Shown: piece by piece, positions 1-9,841 of the stretch
Position numbering within the stretch: position 1 is the first letter of the stretch
Layout of the letters: each line of letters starts with the position of its first letter
Source: an uncultured delta proteobacterium
Lineage (GTDB): Bacteria > Myxococcota_A > UBA9160 > SMWR01
Reading direction: 5' to 3'
Length of the DNA: 64,000 nt
NCBI GenBank assembly: GCA_963832165.1
Contig: CAWHTE010000007.1
Span: 736,001 to 800,000, forward strand
Translations under genes and position numbers: made by a program
Notes under the pieces: generated by a model
Told to the model about the DNA's origin: nothing
Databases searched by the model: none
What the model saw: the letters and a program-made list of their open reading frames with translations, nothing else

Positions 1-996
1 CCGCAGAGCCTCACCTACAACTGGGAGTACGCGAGCCCGCGCCAGCGCCTCGAGCGCTTGTACGAGAATGCCAAGCGCGACCAGTGGAACGCGACCGACC
101 GGCTCGACTGGTCGATCGACGTCGATCCGGAGAAGGGCCTCCTGCCCGACGCCGGGATCGGGATCTACGGCACCGAGATCTGGGCGTCGCTCGACGCGAA
201 GCAGATCGAGCGGCTTCGCCACGAGGCGATCAGCTGGCAGCTCTGCCAGTTCCTGCACGGGGAGCAGGGCGCGCTGCTGGCGACGGCGCAGATCGTCGAC
301 GCGGTGCCGTGGTACGAGGCGAAGATGTACGGCGCGACGCAGGTGATGGACGAGGCGCGCCACGTCGAGGTGTATCGGCGCTTCATCCAGCAGAAGCTCG
401 GTGTCGAGTACGACGTCAACCCCGAGCTCAAGAAGCTGCTCGACCAGATCCTGCTCGACTCGCGCTGGGACATGAAGTTTCTCGGCATGCAGATCATCGT
501 CGAAGGCCTCGCGCTGGCCGCGTTCGGCACGATCCGCGATACCGCGACCAACCCGCTGCTGCGCGACCTGACCGCGGCGGTGATGGAGGACGAGTCGCGT
601 CACGTCGCGTTCGGCGTCCTGTCGCTGCGCGAGTACTGTCGCGATCTCTCGGAGCGCGATCTCAACGAACGCGAGGAGTTCGTCTACGAGGCGTGTGTGC
701 TGATGCGCGACCGCATCAAGAGCCGCGAGGTGTGGGAGCGGATGGGGCTCGACGCCGACGAGTGCATCGCGCACGCCGAGCGCTCCGGCCTCGCCGCCCA
801 GTTCCGCCACCGCCTGTTCTCGAAGATCGTCCCGAACGTGAAGAGTCTCGGACTGCTCTCGAGCCGACAGCGCGAGCGCTTCCACGCGCTCGACATCCTC
901 CAGTACGAGCACGAGACGACCTCGGACGTCGATCACGACGCGGAGTTCGAGCGGCGCGTGCGCGCGGGCGAGGTCGAGCTGGCTCACGCGTCGTAG
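1..996 (+). CDS. Ferritin-like diiron protein (AurF/N-oxygenase-like), 5'-truncated by the window edge
   Basis: Frame is open from base 1 (PQSLTYNWEY...). Diiron ligands HGEQGAL, DEARH, VEGLA and DESRH. Confidence 0.8.
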   Translation, partial: PQSLTYNWEYASPRQRLERLYENAKRDQWNATDRLDWSIDVDPEKGLLPDAGIGIYGTEIWASLDAKQIERLRHEAISWQLCQFLHGEQGALLATAQIVDAVPWYEAKMYGATQVMDEARHVEVYRRFIQQKLGVEYDVNPELKKLLDQILLDSRWDMKFLGMQIIVEGLALAAFGTIRDTATNPLLRDLTAAVMEDESRHVAFGVLSLREYCRDLSERDLNEREEFVYEACVLMRDRIKSREVWERMGLDADECIAHAERSGLAAQFRHRLFSKIVPNVKSLGLLSSRQRERFHALDILQYEHETTSDVDHDAEFERRVRAGEVELAHAS

Positions 997-1041
997 CCCC
1001 GAGCGATCGGCGCGCGTATCATCGGGACGGGAGGAATCCCG

Positions 1042-2262
1042 ATGTCCGAGCGCCCCGGTGGGCTCGATCGGCGCGAGTTCCTGCGCCGCAGCGCAGTCAC
1101 TGGGGTCTCGCTCTCGGTCTTCCCGCTGATCGACGCGCGTGCGGCCGAGCCGCCGAGCGTGCGCCGCCGCGTGACGCTCGGACGCACCGGCCTGCGCATC
1201 GGTGACATCGGCTTCGGATCGAGCAGCCTCGACGGCGACGAGGCGCTCGTGCGCCACGCGCTCGATCGCGGCATCGACTACTTCGACACGGCCGAGGGCT
1301 ATACCAACGGAGCGTCGGAAGAGACACTCGGCCGCGCGCTGCGCGGCGTGCGCGAGAAGATCACGCTCGCGAGCAAGGTCGCCTGTGGCGCGCGCGACAG
1401 CGTGGCGGACCTGTTCCGCGCTCTCGAAGGCAGCCTGCGCCGGCTCCAGACCGACCGCATCGACCTCTACTTCAACCACGCGGTGAACGATGTCGAGCGG
1501 CTCAAGAACTCCGCGTGGGGCGAGTTCACCGATCGCGCGGTCGAGCAGGGGAAGATCCGATTCAAGGGCATGTCGGGGCATGGCGGGCGCCTCGCGGAGT
1601 GCCTCGACTACGCGTTCGATCACGACCTCGTCGACGCGGTGCTCGTCGCGCACAACTTCGGCCAGGACCCCGCGTTCCATCAGCGCCTCACCGCGTCGCT
1701 CGACTTCGTCGCCGTGCAGCCCGAGCTGCCCCGCCTGCTGGCGAAGGCGAAGGAGAAACGGGTCGGCGTGATCGCGATGAAGACGCTGCGCGGCGCGCGC
1801 CTGAACGACCTGCGCTCGTACGAGCGCGGCGGCAATACCTTCGCCCAGGCCGCGTTCCGCTGGGTGCTGTCGGGGCCCCACGTCGACGCGCTCGTGGTCA
1901 CGATGAGATCGCCCGATCAGGTCGACGAGTACCTCGGGGCCTCTGGCGCCACGGGCGTGAGTCGCGCCGACTTCGACCTGCTCGCTCGCTACGAGACCCG
2001 CAACGGCACCACGCAATGCCGCTACGGCTGTGGCGCCTGTCTCGCGGCGTGCCCGGAGGGCGTGTCGATCGACGAGGTGCTGCGCACGCGCATGTACGCC
2101 CACGATTACGGCGACGTCGGGCTCGCCAAGCGCGAATACTCGAGCCTGGCCGGCAACGCGCAGGCGTGTGTGTCGTGCGCTCACCAGGCGTGCACGGGCG
2201 CCTGTCCGTTCGGAATCGACATCGCGGGTCTCACCGCGCCGACGCATCAGCGGCTCGCATGA
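1042..2262 (+). CDS. Aldo/keto reductase with Tat-type leader and C-terminal 4Fe-4S dicluster-like domain
   Basis: N-terminal DRREFLRR. AKR motifs FDTAEGY and SLRRLQTDRIDL. C-terminal CRYGCGACLAACP and CVSCAHQACTGACP. GGAGG RBS. Confidence 0.85.
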   Translation: MSERPGGLDRREFLRRSAVTGVSLSVFPLIDARAAEPPSVRRRVTLGRTGLRIGDIGFGSSSLDGDEALVRHALDRGIDYFDTAEGYTNGASEETLGRALRGVREKITLASKVACGARDSVADLFRALEGSLRRLQTDRIDLYFNHAVNDVERLKNSAWGEFTDRAVEQGKIRFKGMSGHGGRLAECLDYAFDHDLVDAVLVAHNFGQDPAFHQRLTASLDFVAVQPELPRLLAKAKEKRVGVIAMKTLRGARLNDLRSYERGGNTFAQAAFRWVLSGPHVDALVVTMRSPDQVDEYLGASGATGVSRADFDLLARYETRNGTTQCRYGCGACLAACPEGVSIDEVLRTRMYAHDYGDVGLAKREYSSLAGNAQACVSCAHQACTGACPFGIDIAGLTAPTHQRLA

Positions 2263-3803
2263 ACGGCGCCGAAGCGCTGATCCGCACCGCGGCCTCCTCC
2301 GGAGTCGACCTCTGCCTCGCGAATCCGGGTACCACCGAGATGCAGCTCGTCGCCGCGCTCGACGCGGTGCCTGGCATCCGCTCCGTGCTCGGGTTGTTCG
2401 AGGGCGTGTGCACGGGCGCAGCCGATGGCTACGCGCGCATGACCGGCCGTCCCGCGCTCACGCTGCTCCACCTCGGGCCCGGATTCGCGAACGGGATCGC
2501 GAACCTCCACAACGCGCGCCGCGCGCATTCGCCCGTCGTGAATCTGATCGGCGATCACGCGACGTGGCATCTGGCCGCGGATGCGCCGCTCACTTCGGAC
2601 ATCGCTTCGCTCGCGAGCCCCGTTTCGGGATGGGTGCGCAAGTCCGCGACGGCGGCCTCTCTACCTCACGACGGCGCCGACGCGATCGCGGCGGCGCTCG
2701 ATCCGCCCGGTCAGGTCGCCACGCTGATCGTCCCACAGGATTGCGCCTGGGATCGCGTCGCGGGGCCGGCCGCGCCGGTGAAGCCGCGCGCGCGCAGCAG
2801 TGTTTCCGATTCGAGCGTGGAGGCGGCGGCCGCGGCGCTCGCGGGCGCGGGGCCGAACGCGCTGTTCCTCGGCGGCAGCGCGCTGCGCGCCCCCGCACTC
2901 CGCGCGGCGGCTCGGATCGCGGCGGCGACCGGCTGCGCGCTGATCCACGAGACGTTCGCGGCGCGCCTCGAGCGCGGTGCGGGTCTGCCCGTGATCGAGC
3001 GGCTGCCGTACTTCCCCGAGCAGGGCCTCGAGCGCCTGCGCTCGCTCGCGCACCTGGTGCTCGTGGGCGCGCGCGAGCCCGTGGCGTTCTTCGGCTACCC
3101 GGACTACCCGAGCCGATTGGCCTCGAGCACCACGCGCGTAGCGGTGCTCGCAGACGAGGCGCAGGACGCAACGGGTGCGCTCGAGGCGCTCGCGCAACGC
3201 GTGCGCGCGCCCGCGCGCGCTCCGCTCGCGACACCCGCGCGTGTCGGAGTCCCGTCTGGACCGCTCACGGCGGGTGCGCTCGGGAATGCGCTCGCGGCGC
3301 TCCAGCCCGAGCACGCGATCGTCGTCGACGAAGGTGCGACGAGCGGGCTCGCCTACTTCGCTCTGGCCGCCGGCGCACCCCCGCACGACTATCTCGCCCT
3401 CACGGGTGGCGCGATCGGGCAGGGACTGCCGCTCGCGGTCGGCGCGGCACTCGCGTGTCCCGACCGCAAAGTGATCGGGTTCCAGGCCGACGGCAGCGGC
3501 ATGTACACGCTCCAGGCGCTGTGGACCATGGCTCGCGAATCTCTCGACGTGGTGGTGGTGGTCGCCGCCAACCGCGCCTATCGCATCCTTCAGGTCGAGC
3601 TCGCGCGCGCGGGCATCGCCGAGCCCGGCCCGCAAGCGCGCGCGCTCACCGACCTCTCCCATCCCGTGATCGACTGGGTCTCGCTCGCGCGCGGCATGGG
3701 CGTTCCGGGCTCGCGCGTCGATACCGCCGAGGATTTCGCCGAGTCGTTTCGCCGCGCGCTCTCCAACGCGGGGCCGTATCTGATCGAGGCGGTGCTCGCC
3801 TAG
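2259..3803 (+). CDS. Thiamine-diphosphate enzyme (acetolactate synthase large subunit / benzoylformate decarboxylase-like)
   Basis: Starts MNGAEAL..ANPGTTE, overlapping the upstream stop (ATGA). Motifs LFEGVCTGAADGYAR and ThDP-binding ADGSGMYT...NRAY. Confidence 0.85.
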   Translation: MNGAEALIRTAASSGVDLCLANPGTTEMQLVAALDAVPGIRSVLGLFEGVCTGAADGYARMTGRPALTLLHLGPGFANGIANLHNARRAHSPVVNLIGDHATWHLAADAPLTSDIASLASPVSGWVRKSATAASLPHDGADAIAAALDPPGQVATLIVPQDCAWDRVAGPAAPVKPRARSSVSDSSVEAAAAALAGAGPNALFLGGSALRAPALRAAARIAAATGCALIHETFAARLERGAGLPVIERLPYFPEQGLERLRSLAHLVLVGAREPVAFFGYPDYPSRLASSTTRVAVLADEAQDATGALEALAQRVRAPARAPLATPARVGVPSGPLTAGALGNALAALQPEHAIVVDEGATSGLAYFALAAGAPPHDYLALTGGAIGQGLPLAVGAALACPDRKVIGFQADGSGMYTLQALWTMARESLDVVVVVAANRAYRILQVELARAGIAEPGPQARALTDLSHPVIDWVSLARGMGVPGSRVDTAEDFAESFRRALSNAGPYLIEAVLA

Positions 3804-4189
3804 CGCGCGCCGGGATCCGGCCGCGTGTGCCACCACGCCCAGGCCCCGAACACGAACTGGAGCGGCAGGCGCACCCAGCGGAGGATCCCGGAGGACTGCG
3901 GCGGATCGCCGACCGGCACGTCGGCGATCGCCATGTGGACGTTCGCGGGATAGACGGCGATGAGCAGCGCAATCGCGCCCCACGCCGCGAGCACGCGCGT
4001 GCGCGGAACGAGCAGACCCACGCCGATCATCAGCTCTGCGACGCCCGAGAGGAAGACGAGCTCGGAATGCCACGGCAGGTAGGGCGGCATGATCGGCAGA
4101 TAGAACTCCGGCGCGCGGAAGTGATTCAGGCCCGCGAACGCGTAGAACGCCGCCATCAGCCAGAGCGAAATCGTCTTGACGCGGCTCAT
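3800..4189 (-). CDS. DoxX-like small membrane protein
   Basis: MSRVKTISLWLMAAFYAFAGLNHF, SGVAEL, AVYPANVHMA, RLPLQ; four hydrophobic segments. Confidence 0.75.
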   Translation of the reverse strand: MSRVKTISLWLMAAFYAFAGLNHFRAPEFYLPIMPPYLPWHSELVFLSGVAELMIGVGLLVPRTRVLAAWGAIALLIAVYPANVHMAIADVPVGDPPQSSGILRWVRLPLQFVFGAWAWWHTRPDPGAR

Positions 4190-5226
4190 CCGCCTCCCTT
4201 CGAAAGTACGAGATCGACGTCGCGTGCGATCTCGTCGAGTGCTCGCCCTGCCGCGGGCGCGACACCCGCAAAGCTGGTGAAGCCATGCGGCAGCGACTCG
4301 TAGCAGCGGTACACCACCGGCACGCCGGCTGCGGCGAGGCGCTGCGCGTAGTCCTCGGCCTCGTCGCACAGGATGTCGAAGCCCGAGGTGTACACGAGCG
4401 CGGGCGCGAGTCCGCCCAGGTCGCTCGCGAGCGCGGGCGACATCCGCACGTCGTCGCGCTCGCGTTCGTCGTTCAGGTAGTGGGAGAGGAACCATGGGAT
4501 GTCCTCGCGCACGAGCGGCGGACACGCGCCGAAATCGCGATAGGCGGCGTTGTCGGCGCACGCGAGCAGCCACGGATAGATCAAGAGCTGAACGCACGGC
4601 GCGCGCTCTCTCTCCGCGCGCGCGCGCTGCGCGATCATCGCGGCGAGACCGCCGCCGGCCGAGTCGCCGCCCACGCCGATCCGCGTTGCATCTCCGCCGA
4701 AGCGCTCGGCGTGCTCGAGCGCAAAGCGGTAGACGGCCCACGCGTCCTCCTGCGCGGCGGGGAAGCGGTGCTCGGGGCCCATGCGATAGTCGATCGAGAG
4801 CACCGGGCAGCGCGCGCGCGTCGCGAGCACGCTGCAGAACGGCGCGCACCAGTCGAGATCGCCGACCACGAAGCCGCCCTGGTGGAAATAGAGCAGGAGC
4901 GGACGTGGGCCATCGAGATCGGGCGGGGCATGGAGCCGCGCGATCAGCGCGCCCTGCGCACCCGGCACGCGGTGCTCTTCGAGGCGTTCGAGCGGGCGCA
5001 TCGGCGCGGCCGCGGGTGCGAGCGAATCGCTCGTGACCGCGCGCGCCTCGGCCGGCGTGAGCGTGTGCAGCGCGGGCACGCGCGAAGCGCGCGTGATCAG
5101 TGCGAAATGCGAGTCGAGCGTGCGCCCGCGGATCACCGTCGGCGCGCCCGCGAGCGGCGTCACCCAGCGCTCGGGGAGCGCGCGCAGCGCGCGTGCGCCC
5201 AGACGCTGTGCGAACGCCGCGATCAC
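4186..5226 (-). CDS. Alpha/beta hydrolase, hormone-sensitive-lipase family esterase
   Basis: HQGGF oxyanion motif, GDSAGG nucleophile, FDILCDE and HGF. GTG start overlaps the upstream stop. Confidence 0.9.
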   Translation of the reverse strand: MIAAFAQRLGARALRALPERWVTPLAGAPTVIRGRTLDSHFALITRASRVPALHTLTPAEARAVTSDSLAPAAAPMRPLERLEEHRVPGAQGALIARLHAPPDLDGPRPLLLYFHQGGFVVGDLDWCAPFCSVLATRARCPVLSIDYRMGPEHRFPAAQEDAWAVYRFALEHAERFGGDATRIGVGGDSAGGGLAAMIAQRARAERERAPCVQLLIYPWLLACADNAAYRDFGACPPLVREDIPWFLSHYLNDERERDDVRMSPALASDLGGLAPALVYTSGFDILCDEAEDYAQRLAAAGVPVVYRCYESLPHGFTSFAGVAPAAGRALDEIARDVDLVLSKGGG

Positions 5227-6026
5227 TAACGGTCCTGGAACTTCGCTTCGCGTTTCTCGAGAAACGCCGCAATGCCCTCGCGGAAATCGCTCGAGGTCGA
5301 GGCGAGGATCTGATTGCGATCCTCCATCGCGATCGCCGCCGCGAGGCCGCCCGCATCGACGTTTACGCCGAGGCACTCCTTGGTGAGCCGCAGTGCGAGC
5401 GGCGAGTTGCGCAGCATGCGGCCTGCCATCTCGCGCGCCGCGCTCTCGAGCTCGGTGTCGGGCACCACGCGCGACACGAGGCCGGTGGCGAGCGCGCGGT
5501 CGGCATGGATGAAGTCGCCCGTGAGCAGGAGCTCCGACGCAACCGACGCGCCCACGATGCGCGGCAGGAAGTAGCTCACGCCGATGTCGCAGGCCGACAG
5601 ACCGAGCCGGATGAACGCCGCGTTCATTCGCGCCGATTCTCCGGCGATGCGCACGTCTGCCGCGAGCGCGATCGCGAAGCCGCCGCCCGCGGCCGCGCCG
5701 TGCACGGCCGCGATGATCGGCTGCGGTGCGCGCCGCATGAGCAGCGGGATCTCCGCGATGTGGCGCTGCCCGCGCAACCCGTTCGAAACGCCGCGCAGGT
5801 TCGAGCCGGAGCGGTCTTCCTTGAGGTCGAGCCCGGCGCAGAATGCCCGGCCCTTCCCGCGCACCACCAGGACGCGCGTCTCGGTGTCTTCGGTCAGCCC
5901 TGCGAAGAAATCGCGCAGCTCGTCGACGAGCTTCATCGAGAGCGCGTTCAGCGCGTCGGGCCGGTCGAGCGTGAGCCAGGTCAGGTGACCCTCGCGCGTG
6001 ATTTCGAGCGTTTCGTACTTGGACAC
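5226..6026 (-). CDS. Enoyl-CoA hydratase/isomerase
   Basis: LDRPDALNAL, AFCAGLDL, PIIAAVHGAAAGGG, EGIAAFLEKR. Confidence 0.92.
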   Translation of the reverse strand: MSKYETLEITREGHLTWLTLDRPDALNALSMKLVDELRDFFAGLTEDTETRVLVVRGKGRAFCAGLDLKEDRSGSNLRGVSNGLRGQRHIAEIPLLMRRAPQPIIAAVHGAAAGGGFAIALAADVRIAGESARMNAAFIRLGLSACDIGVSYFLPRIVGASVASELLLTGDFIHADRALATGLVSRVVPDTELESAAREMAGRMLRNSPLALRLTKECLGVNVDAGGLAAAIAMEDRNQILASTSSDFREGIAAFLEKREAKFQDR

Positions 6027-6035
6027 AGCACTCCT

Positions 6036-6821
6036 TCAGGCGGGTCGCAGCCGCTCCGCAAAGAATCCCAGCACGCGGTCGAGCGCGGCGCGCGTCGGGT
6101 GTCCGGACTCGTCGACGAGATCGTTCGTCACCACCGAGTGCGCGGTGCGCGCGATGCCGTGCGGATTGCCGCGGCTCGAGTCGATTTCGATCCCCTCGAA
6201 GCCCGACCCGAGCTCGCGGCGCAGGCGCTCGAAGCGATCCGACGGAACCATCGGATCGGCGGTGAAGCGCATGCCGAGCACGCCGCAGCCCGCGCGCGCG
6301 CGCTTCTTCACGGTCTCGAGGTCCTCGGCCGAGAGGTGCAGACCTTCGCGATGGCGCTTCGTGACGGGGAAGGGGAGCGAGGGTTGAGAGAGAACGGGTG
6401 CCATCACGCTCTCGTCCACCATGAGCGAGAGCGCGAAATTGCCTGTGAGGCACATGCCGATCGCGCCCACGCCGGGGCCGCCACATTCCGCGTGCGCGTG
6501 GCGGCACAGCGCGCGCAGCCAATCGGTCACGGGGCTCGAGCCGCCCGCGGCGAGCACGTGGAACTCGCGACTCACGCACGCGCGCACCATCTGCTCGAGC
6601 GCATAACCCACCGAGAGCGGCTTGCCCGGCGTGCCGAAGAGATGGGGAAGGTAGGCGGTGAAGCCCGCGTCGACGACGAAGTTCGCGAAGCGCTCGACGG
6701 GCGGCGTGATGCCGGGGATCTCGTGGATGATCACCACGCCGGGACCCTTGCCGCGCCGGTAGACGGTCTTCGATTCGCCGTCGTGGGTGAAGCGGAAGCT
6801 CGTGTAGCCCTCGAGCACCAT
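6036..6821 (-). CDS. Dienelactone hydrolase family protein
   Basis: IIHEIPG, GMCLTG (Cys nucleophile), ADPMVP, AHSV. Confidence 0.85.
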   Translation of the reverse strand: MVLEGYTSFRFTHDGESKTVYRRGKGPGVVIIHEIPGITPPVERFANFVVDAGFTAYLPHLFGTPGKPLSVGYALEQMVRACVSREFHVLAAGGSSPVTDWLRALCRHAHAECGGPGVGAIGMCLTGNFALSLMVDESVMAPVLSQPSLPFPVTKRHREGLHLSAEDLETVKKRARAGCGVLGMRFTADPMVPSDRFERLRRELGSGFEGIEIDSSRGNPHGIARTAHSVVTNDLVDESGHPTRAALDRVLGFFAERLRPA

Positions 6822-6833
6822 GGGATCTCCGAT

Positions 6834-7640
6834 CTAGAAGAACGCGAGCGTCCGGACTTCGATGCTCTCGCGAGCGCCCGCGTCGGCCGGTGAGCTGGGA
6901 TCGTCGATCGCGGTGTGCGCGGTGAAGCAGGCGAGCCGCGGATCGGAGTCGTAGCACTTGAGCAGCAGCGCCTCGTCGTCCGCCATCCCGGGGTAGTAGA
7001 ACCAGCGGTGCTCCGGGCGGTACGTGAGCGAGTAGACCTCGCCGACGCGATCGCGATAGCGCAGGTCGGTGGGAACGAAGTCGTCCTGTGCGAGCGAGCT
7101 CGCGTCGCAGAACGCGAGCGGCGCCTGTCGCACGGGCCCGCGCAGCGGACGCCAGACGTTGATCACGGCGAACCGGCGTTGCAACAGCTCCTCGGCTTCG
7201 TCCCCGCCGACGAGATCGCGCACGCGCTGCGGGCCCGAGAGCAAGGTGTAGTCGTTGTGCACGTAGTGCACGGGCGCCTGGGACAGGGTGCCTGCCTGCC
7301 CGGTGCGCTCGGTGTTGCGCACGTTGTGGTCGAACACGAGCACGCGGCGGGCACCGGTGGCGCGCCGAACCACCGCCTCGACTTCGGGGTGGTAGTCGCG
7401 CACGACCGCTTCCGGATCGTACGCGTCGCGGAGCGTCGAGACGAGCTTCACGAGCGTGAAGCCTTCGACGTCGAGCGACGCATGCACGAGCTCGCGCGCG
7501 TCGTGCACCACCACGCGCCGCCGGTCGCCGTGGGTATTGCGCCCGGGTACGCCCGGAGGCGGCGCATACGTGTAGTAGTAGGGCCGCTCCGCCATCGGGG
7601 CGAGGTAGTTCAGCGTCGTCTCCACCATGCCCGACGCCAC
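6834..7640 (-). CDS. CmcJ/NvfI (AsaB-like) Fe(II)/2-oxoglutarate oxidoreductase
   Basis: VFDHNVR, VHNDYT (HxD), INVWRPL, PLAFCDA, AHTA, RESIEVR. Confidence 0.8.
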   Translation of the reverse strand: MASGMVETTLNYLAPMAERPYYYTYAPPPGVPGRNTHGDRRRVVVHDARELVHASLDVEGFTLVKLVSTLRDAYDPEAVVRDYHPEVEAVVRRATGARRVLVFDHNVRNTERTGQAGTLSQAPVHYVHNDYTLLSGPQRVRDLVGGDEAEELLQRRFAVINVWRPLRGPVRQAPLAFCDASSLAQDDFVPTDLRYRDRVGEVYSLTYRPEHRWFYYPGMADDEALLLKCYDSDPRLACFTAHTAIDDPSSPADAGARESIEVRTLAFF

Positions 7641-8123
7641 CTAACCTCGCCCGAGTCCCGTCGACGGACCTGCGCCGCCCTCGCCGAGCCGTCCGCCCTG
7701 GCCCAGGTGACCCTTGCCCGGCACGTAGTTCACTTCCACGCGAATCCCGTCGGGGTCTTCGAACAGCAGCGAGTAGTAGCCGGGCGCAAACTGCTTCCCC
7801 TCTTCGGGCGGGTGGATGATCTTCGCGCCGAGCTCGCCGCGCACGAACTCGTAGATGGTGTCGATCTGCTCGCGCTCCCGCGCGCGGAAGCACAGGTGAT
7901 GCAGCCCGGAGCGATCCTGGTCGAACGGGCGGTCGCGTTTGTCGGGCGGCGCGCCGCGCACGAGGATGCCCGTGCGGCTGCCGATGCAATAGACGATTCC
8001 CTCGCCCTTGATCAGCGTCTTCATCTCGAAGAAGTGGCAGAGCTTCTCCCAGAACGCGCAGCAGCGTTCCGGGTCGTTCACGGTGAGCTGGATGTGGGCG
8101 ATCCCGTTGAGCTCGACGGTCAT
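7641..8123 (-). CDS. VOC/glyoxalase family protein
   Basis: IAHIQLTV, GLHHLCFRA, YYSLLFEDPDGIRVEV. Confidence 0.88.
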   Translation of the reverse strand: MTVELNGIAHIQLTVNDPERCCAFWEKLCHFFEMKTLIKGEGIVYCIGSRTGILVRGAPPDKRDRPFDQDRSGLHHLCFRAREREQIDTIYEFVRGELGAKIIHPPEEGKQFAPGYYSLLFEDPDGIRVEVNYVPGKGHLGQGGRLGEGGAGPSTGLGRG

Positions 8124-8244
8124 CGTGGTCCTCGCGCGGAACGTGGGCGCGCCGCGATTCTAGCCGTACTCACCCCTGCGTCACGCAGATGAAGTGCGTG
8201 GAGTTCCAGATGATTAAATCCTTTTATTTTCAATCAATTATGAG

Positions 8245-8268
8245 ATTAATAGACTATTGTCTATTAAT
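8245..8268. promoter_or_regulatory. Perfect inverted repeat ATTAATAGAC-tatt-GTCTATTAAT, putative TetR operator
   Basis: 10-bp arms with a 4-nt spacer in an AT-rich island just upstream of tetR, abutting a TAGAAT -10-like hexamer (8268-8273). Confidence 0.7.
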
Positions 8269-8285
8269 AGAATACTGTTCTTTAG

Positions 8286-8927
8286 ATGTCCTCCGGGTCC
8301 ATCGCGGCGCCCCGATCGGTTCAGCGCACCTCGCGGCGCAGGCGCAAGAAGGATCGGACGCGAACCGAGATCTTCCGCGCGGCGATGGATCTGTTCAGCG
8401 CGCGCGGATTCGACGCGGTCACGGTCGAGTCGATCTGCACGGCCGCAGATGTCGCGAAGGGCACCTTCTTCCTGCACTTCGCGTCCAAGGCCGCTCTGCT
8501 CGGCGAATGGAATCGCGAGCTCGCGGCCGAGCTCGCGGATCGGCTGGGCGATCCCGGCGACACGGCTCTCTCGCAATATCGCCGGCTCGCAGACCAGCTC
8601 GGTGAGCACTGGAGGCGCCGGCCCGATTTCACGCGCGCGCTCTTGCACCAGCTCCTCTCGCAGCGCGCACCGGCCGAATCGGGCCAGCCCGACCTGCGCG
8701 CGCTCGTCGAGGCGGTCGTGCGCCGCGGCCAGGAGCGCGGCGAGTTCCGCCGCAACGTGTCGGCGAGCCTCGCGGCCGCTGCATTCCTGGCCACGTGCGC
8801 CGCGGTCTTTTCCGCAGCCGCCGAGCGCAGCGACGCGCCCGAAGTGCTGCGCAACGAGCTCCTGCACGCGCTCCTGCACGGCCTCTCCGAGCCCAGGCCG
8901 CGGCTCAAGTGGGCGCCCACGCCGTGA
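8286..8927 (+). CDS. TetR/AcrR family transcriptional regulator
   Basis: HTH: AAMDLFSARGFDAVTVESICTAADVAKGTFFLHFASK. Confidence 0.92.
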   Translation: MSSGSIAAPRSVQRTSRRRRKKDRTRTEIFRAAMDLFSARGFDAVTVESICTAADVAKGTFFLHFASKAALLGEWNRELAAELADRLGDPGDTALSQYRRLADQLGEHWRRRPDFTRALLHQLLSQRAPAESGQPDLRALVEAVVRRGQERGEFRRNVSASLAAAAFLATCAAVFSAAAERSDAPEVLRNELLHALLHGLSEPRPRLKWAPTP

Positions 8928-8965
8928 TAGCATGGCGGCAGAGCCCCCGCGCAGGAGAGCCCCCC

Positions 8966-9838
8966 ATGGCGATGCCCAAAGGGATCGGCGTCATCGAGAC
9001 GATGATCGGGATCCCGAGCCCGAACCAGCCGCGCAGCTACGACTTCATGCGCCCGCTGTTCCGCGACAAGGAGTCGATCGATCAGTTCGATTTCCCCGTC
9101 GAGTACATGTTCAAGGACGTGCCCAAGACCGGCACGCACGACGACTACATCAAGTACACGCTCGAGCAGATGGACCGCTTCGGGATCGAGAAGGCGGTGA
9201 TCGGCGTGTCGCTCGACAACGAGATCTCCGTGCGCGCGGTGAAGCAGCACCGCGACCGCTTCATCCCGCAGGGCCAGGCCAACCCGAACCAGGCGATGGA
9301 CGGCGTGCGCCGGATCGTGCGCGAGTACGAGGAGCTCGGCATCTCGTCGGTGGGCGCGTTCCCGTGCGGGCTCGTGCCGCAGGTGCCGATCAACGACAAG
9401 CAGTTCTACCCGATCTACGCGAAATGCGTAGAGCTCGACATCGCGATCTTCTGCTGCGCGGGCGTGCCCGGTCCGCGCATCCCGATGTATCCGCAGCTCG
9501 TCCAGCACGTCGACGAGGTGTGCTGGTACTTCCCCGAGCTCAAGTTCGTGTTCCGCCACGGCTGCGAGCCCTGGGAAGATCTCGCGGTGAAGCTCATGCT
9601 CAAGTGGCCCAACCTCTACTACTCGACGAGCGCGTTCGCGCCCAGGCACTACCCGAAGGCGATCGTCGACTACGCCAACACGCGCGGCGCGAACAAGGTG
9701 ATCTACGCCGGCTACTGGCCGATGGGCCTCTCGCTGGAGCGGATCTTCGGAGAGCTGCCGTCGGTTCCGTTCAAGGACGAGGTGTGGCCGAAGTTCCTGC
9801 GCGAGAACGCGCTGCGCGTGCTCGGCGAGAAGAGTTAG
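8966..9838 (+). CDS. Amidohydrolase_2 family protein
   Basis: AGGAG RBS before ATG 8966. Motifs FYPIYAKCVELD, FPELKFVFRHG, PNLYYSTSAFAP, KFLRENALRV. Confidence 0.85.
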   Translation: MAMPKGIGVIETMIGIPSPNQPRSYDFMRPLFRDKESIDQFDFPVEYMFKDVPKTGTHDDYIKYTLEQMDRFGIEKAVIGVSLDNEISVRAVKQHRDRFIPQGQANPNQAMDGVRRIVREYEELGISSVGAFPCGLVPQVPINDKQFYPIYAKCVELDIAIFCCAGVPGPRIPMYPQLVQHVDEVCWYFPELKFVFRHGCEPWEDLAVKLMLKWPNLYYSTSAFAPRHYPKAIVDYANTRGANKVIYAGYWPMGLSLERIFGELPSVPFKDEVWPKFLRENALRVLGEKS

Positions 9839-9841
9839 GCG

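Noticed and set aside
8189..8605. ORF starting MKCVEFQMIKSFYFQSIMRLIDY
   Set aside because: It simply translates the AT-rich promoter/operator island and overlaps tetR out of frame.
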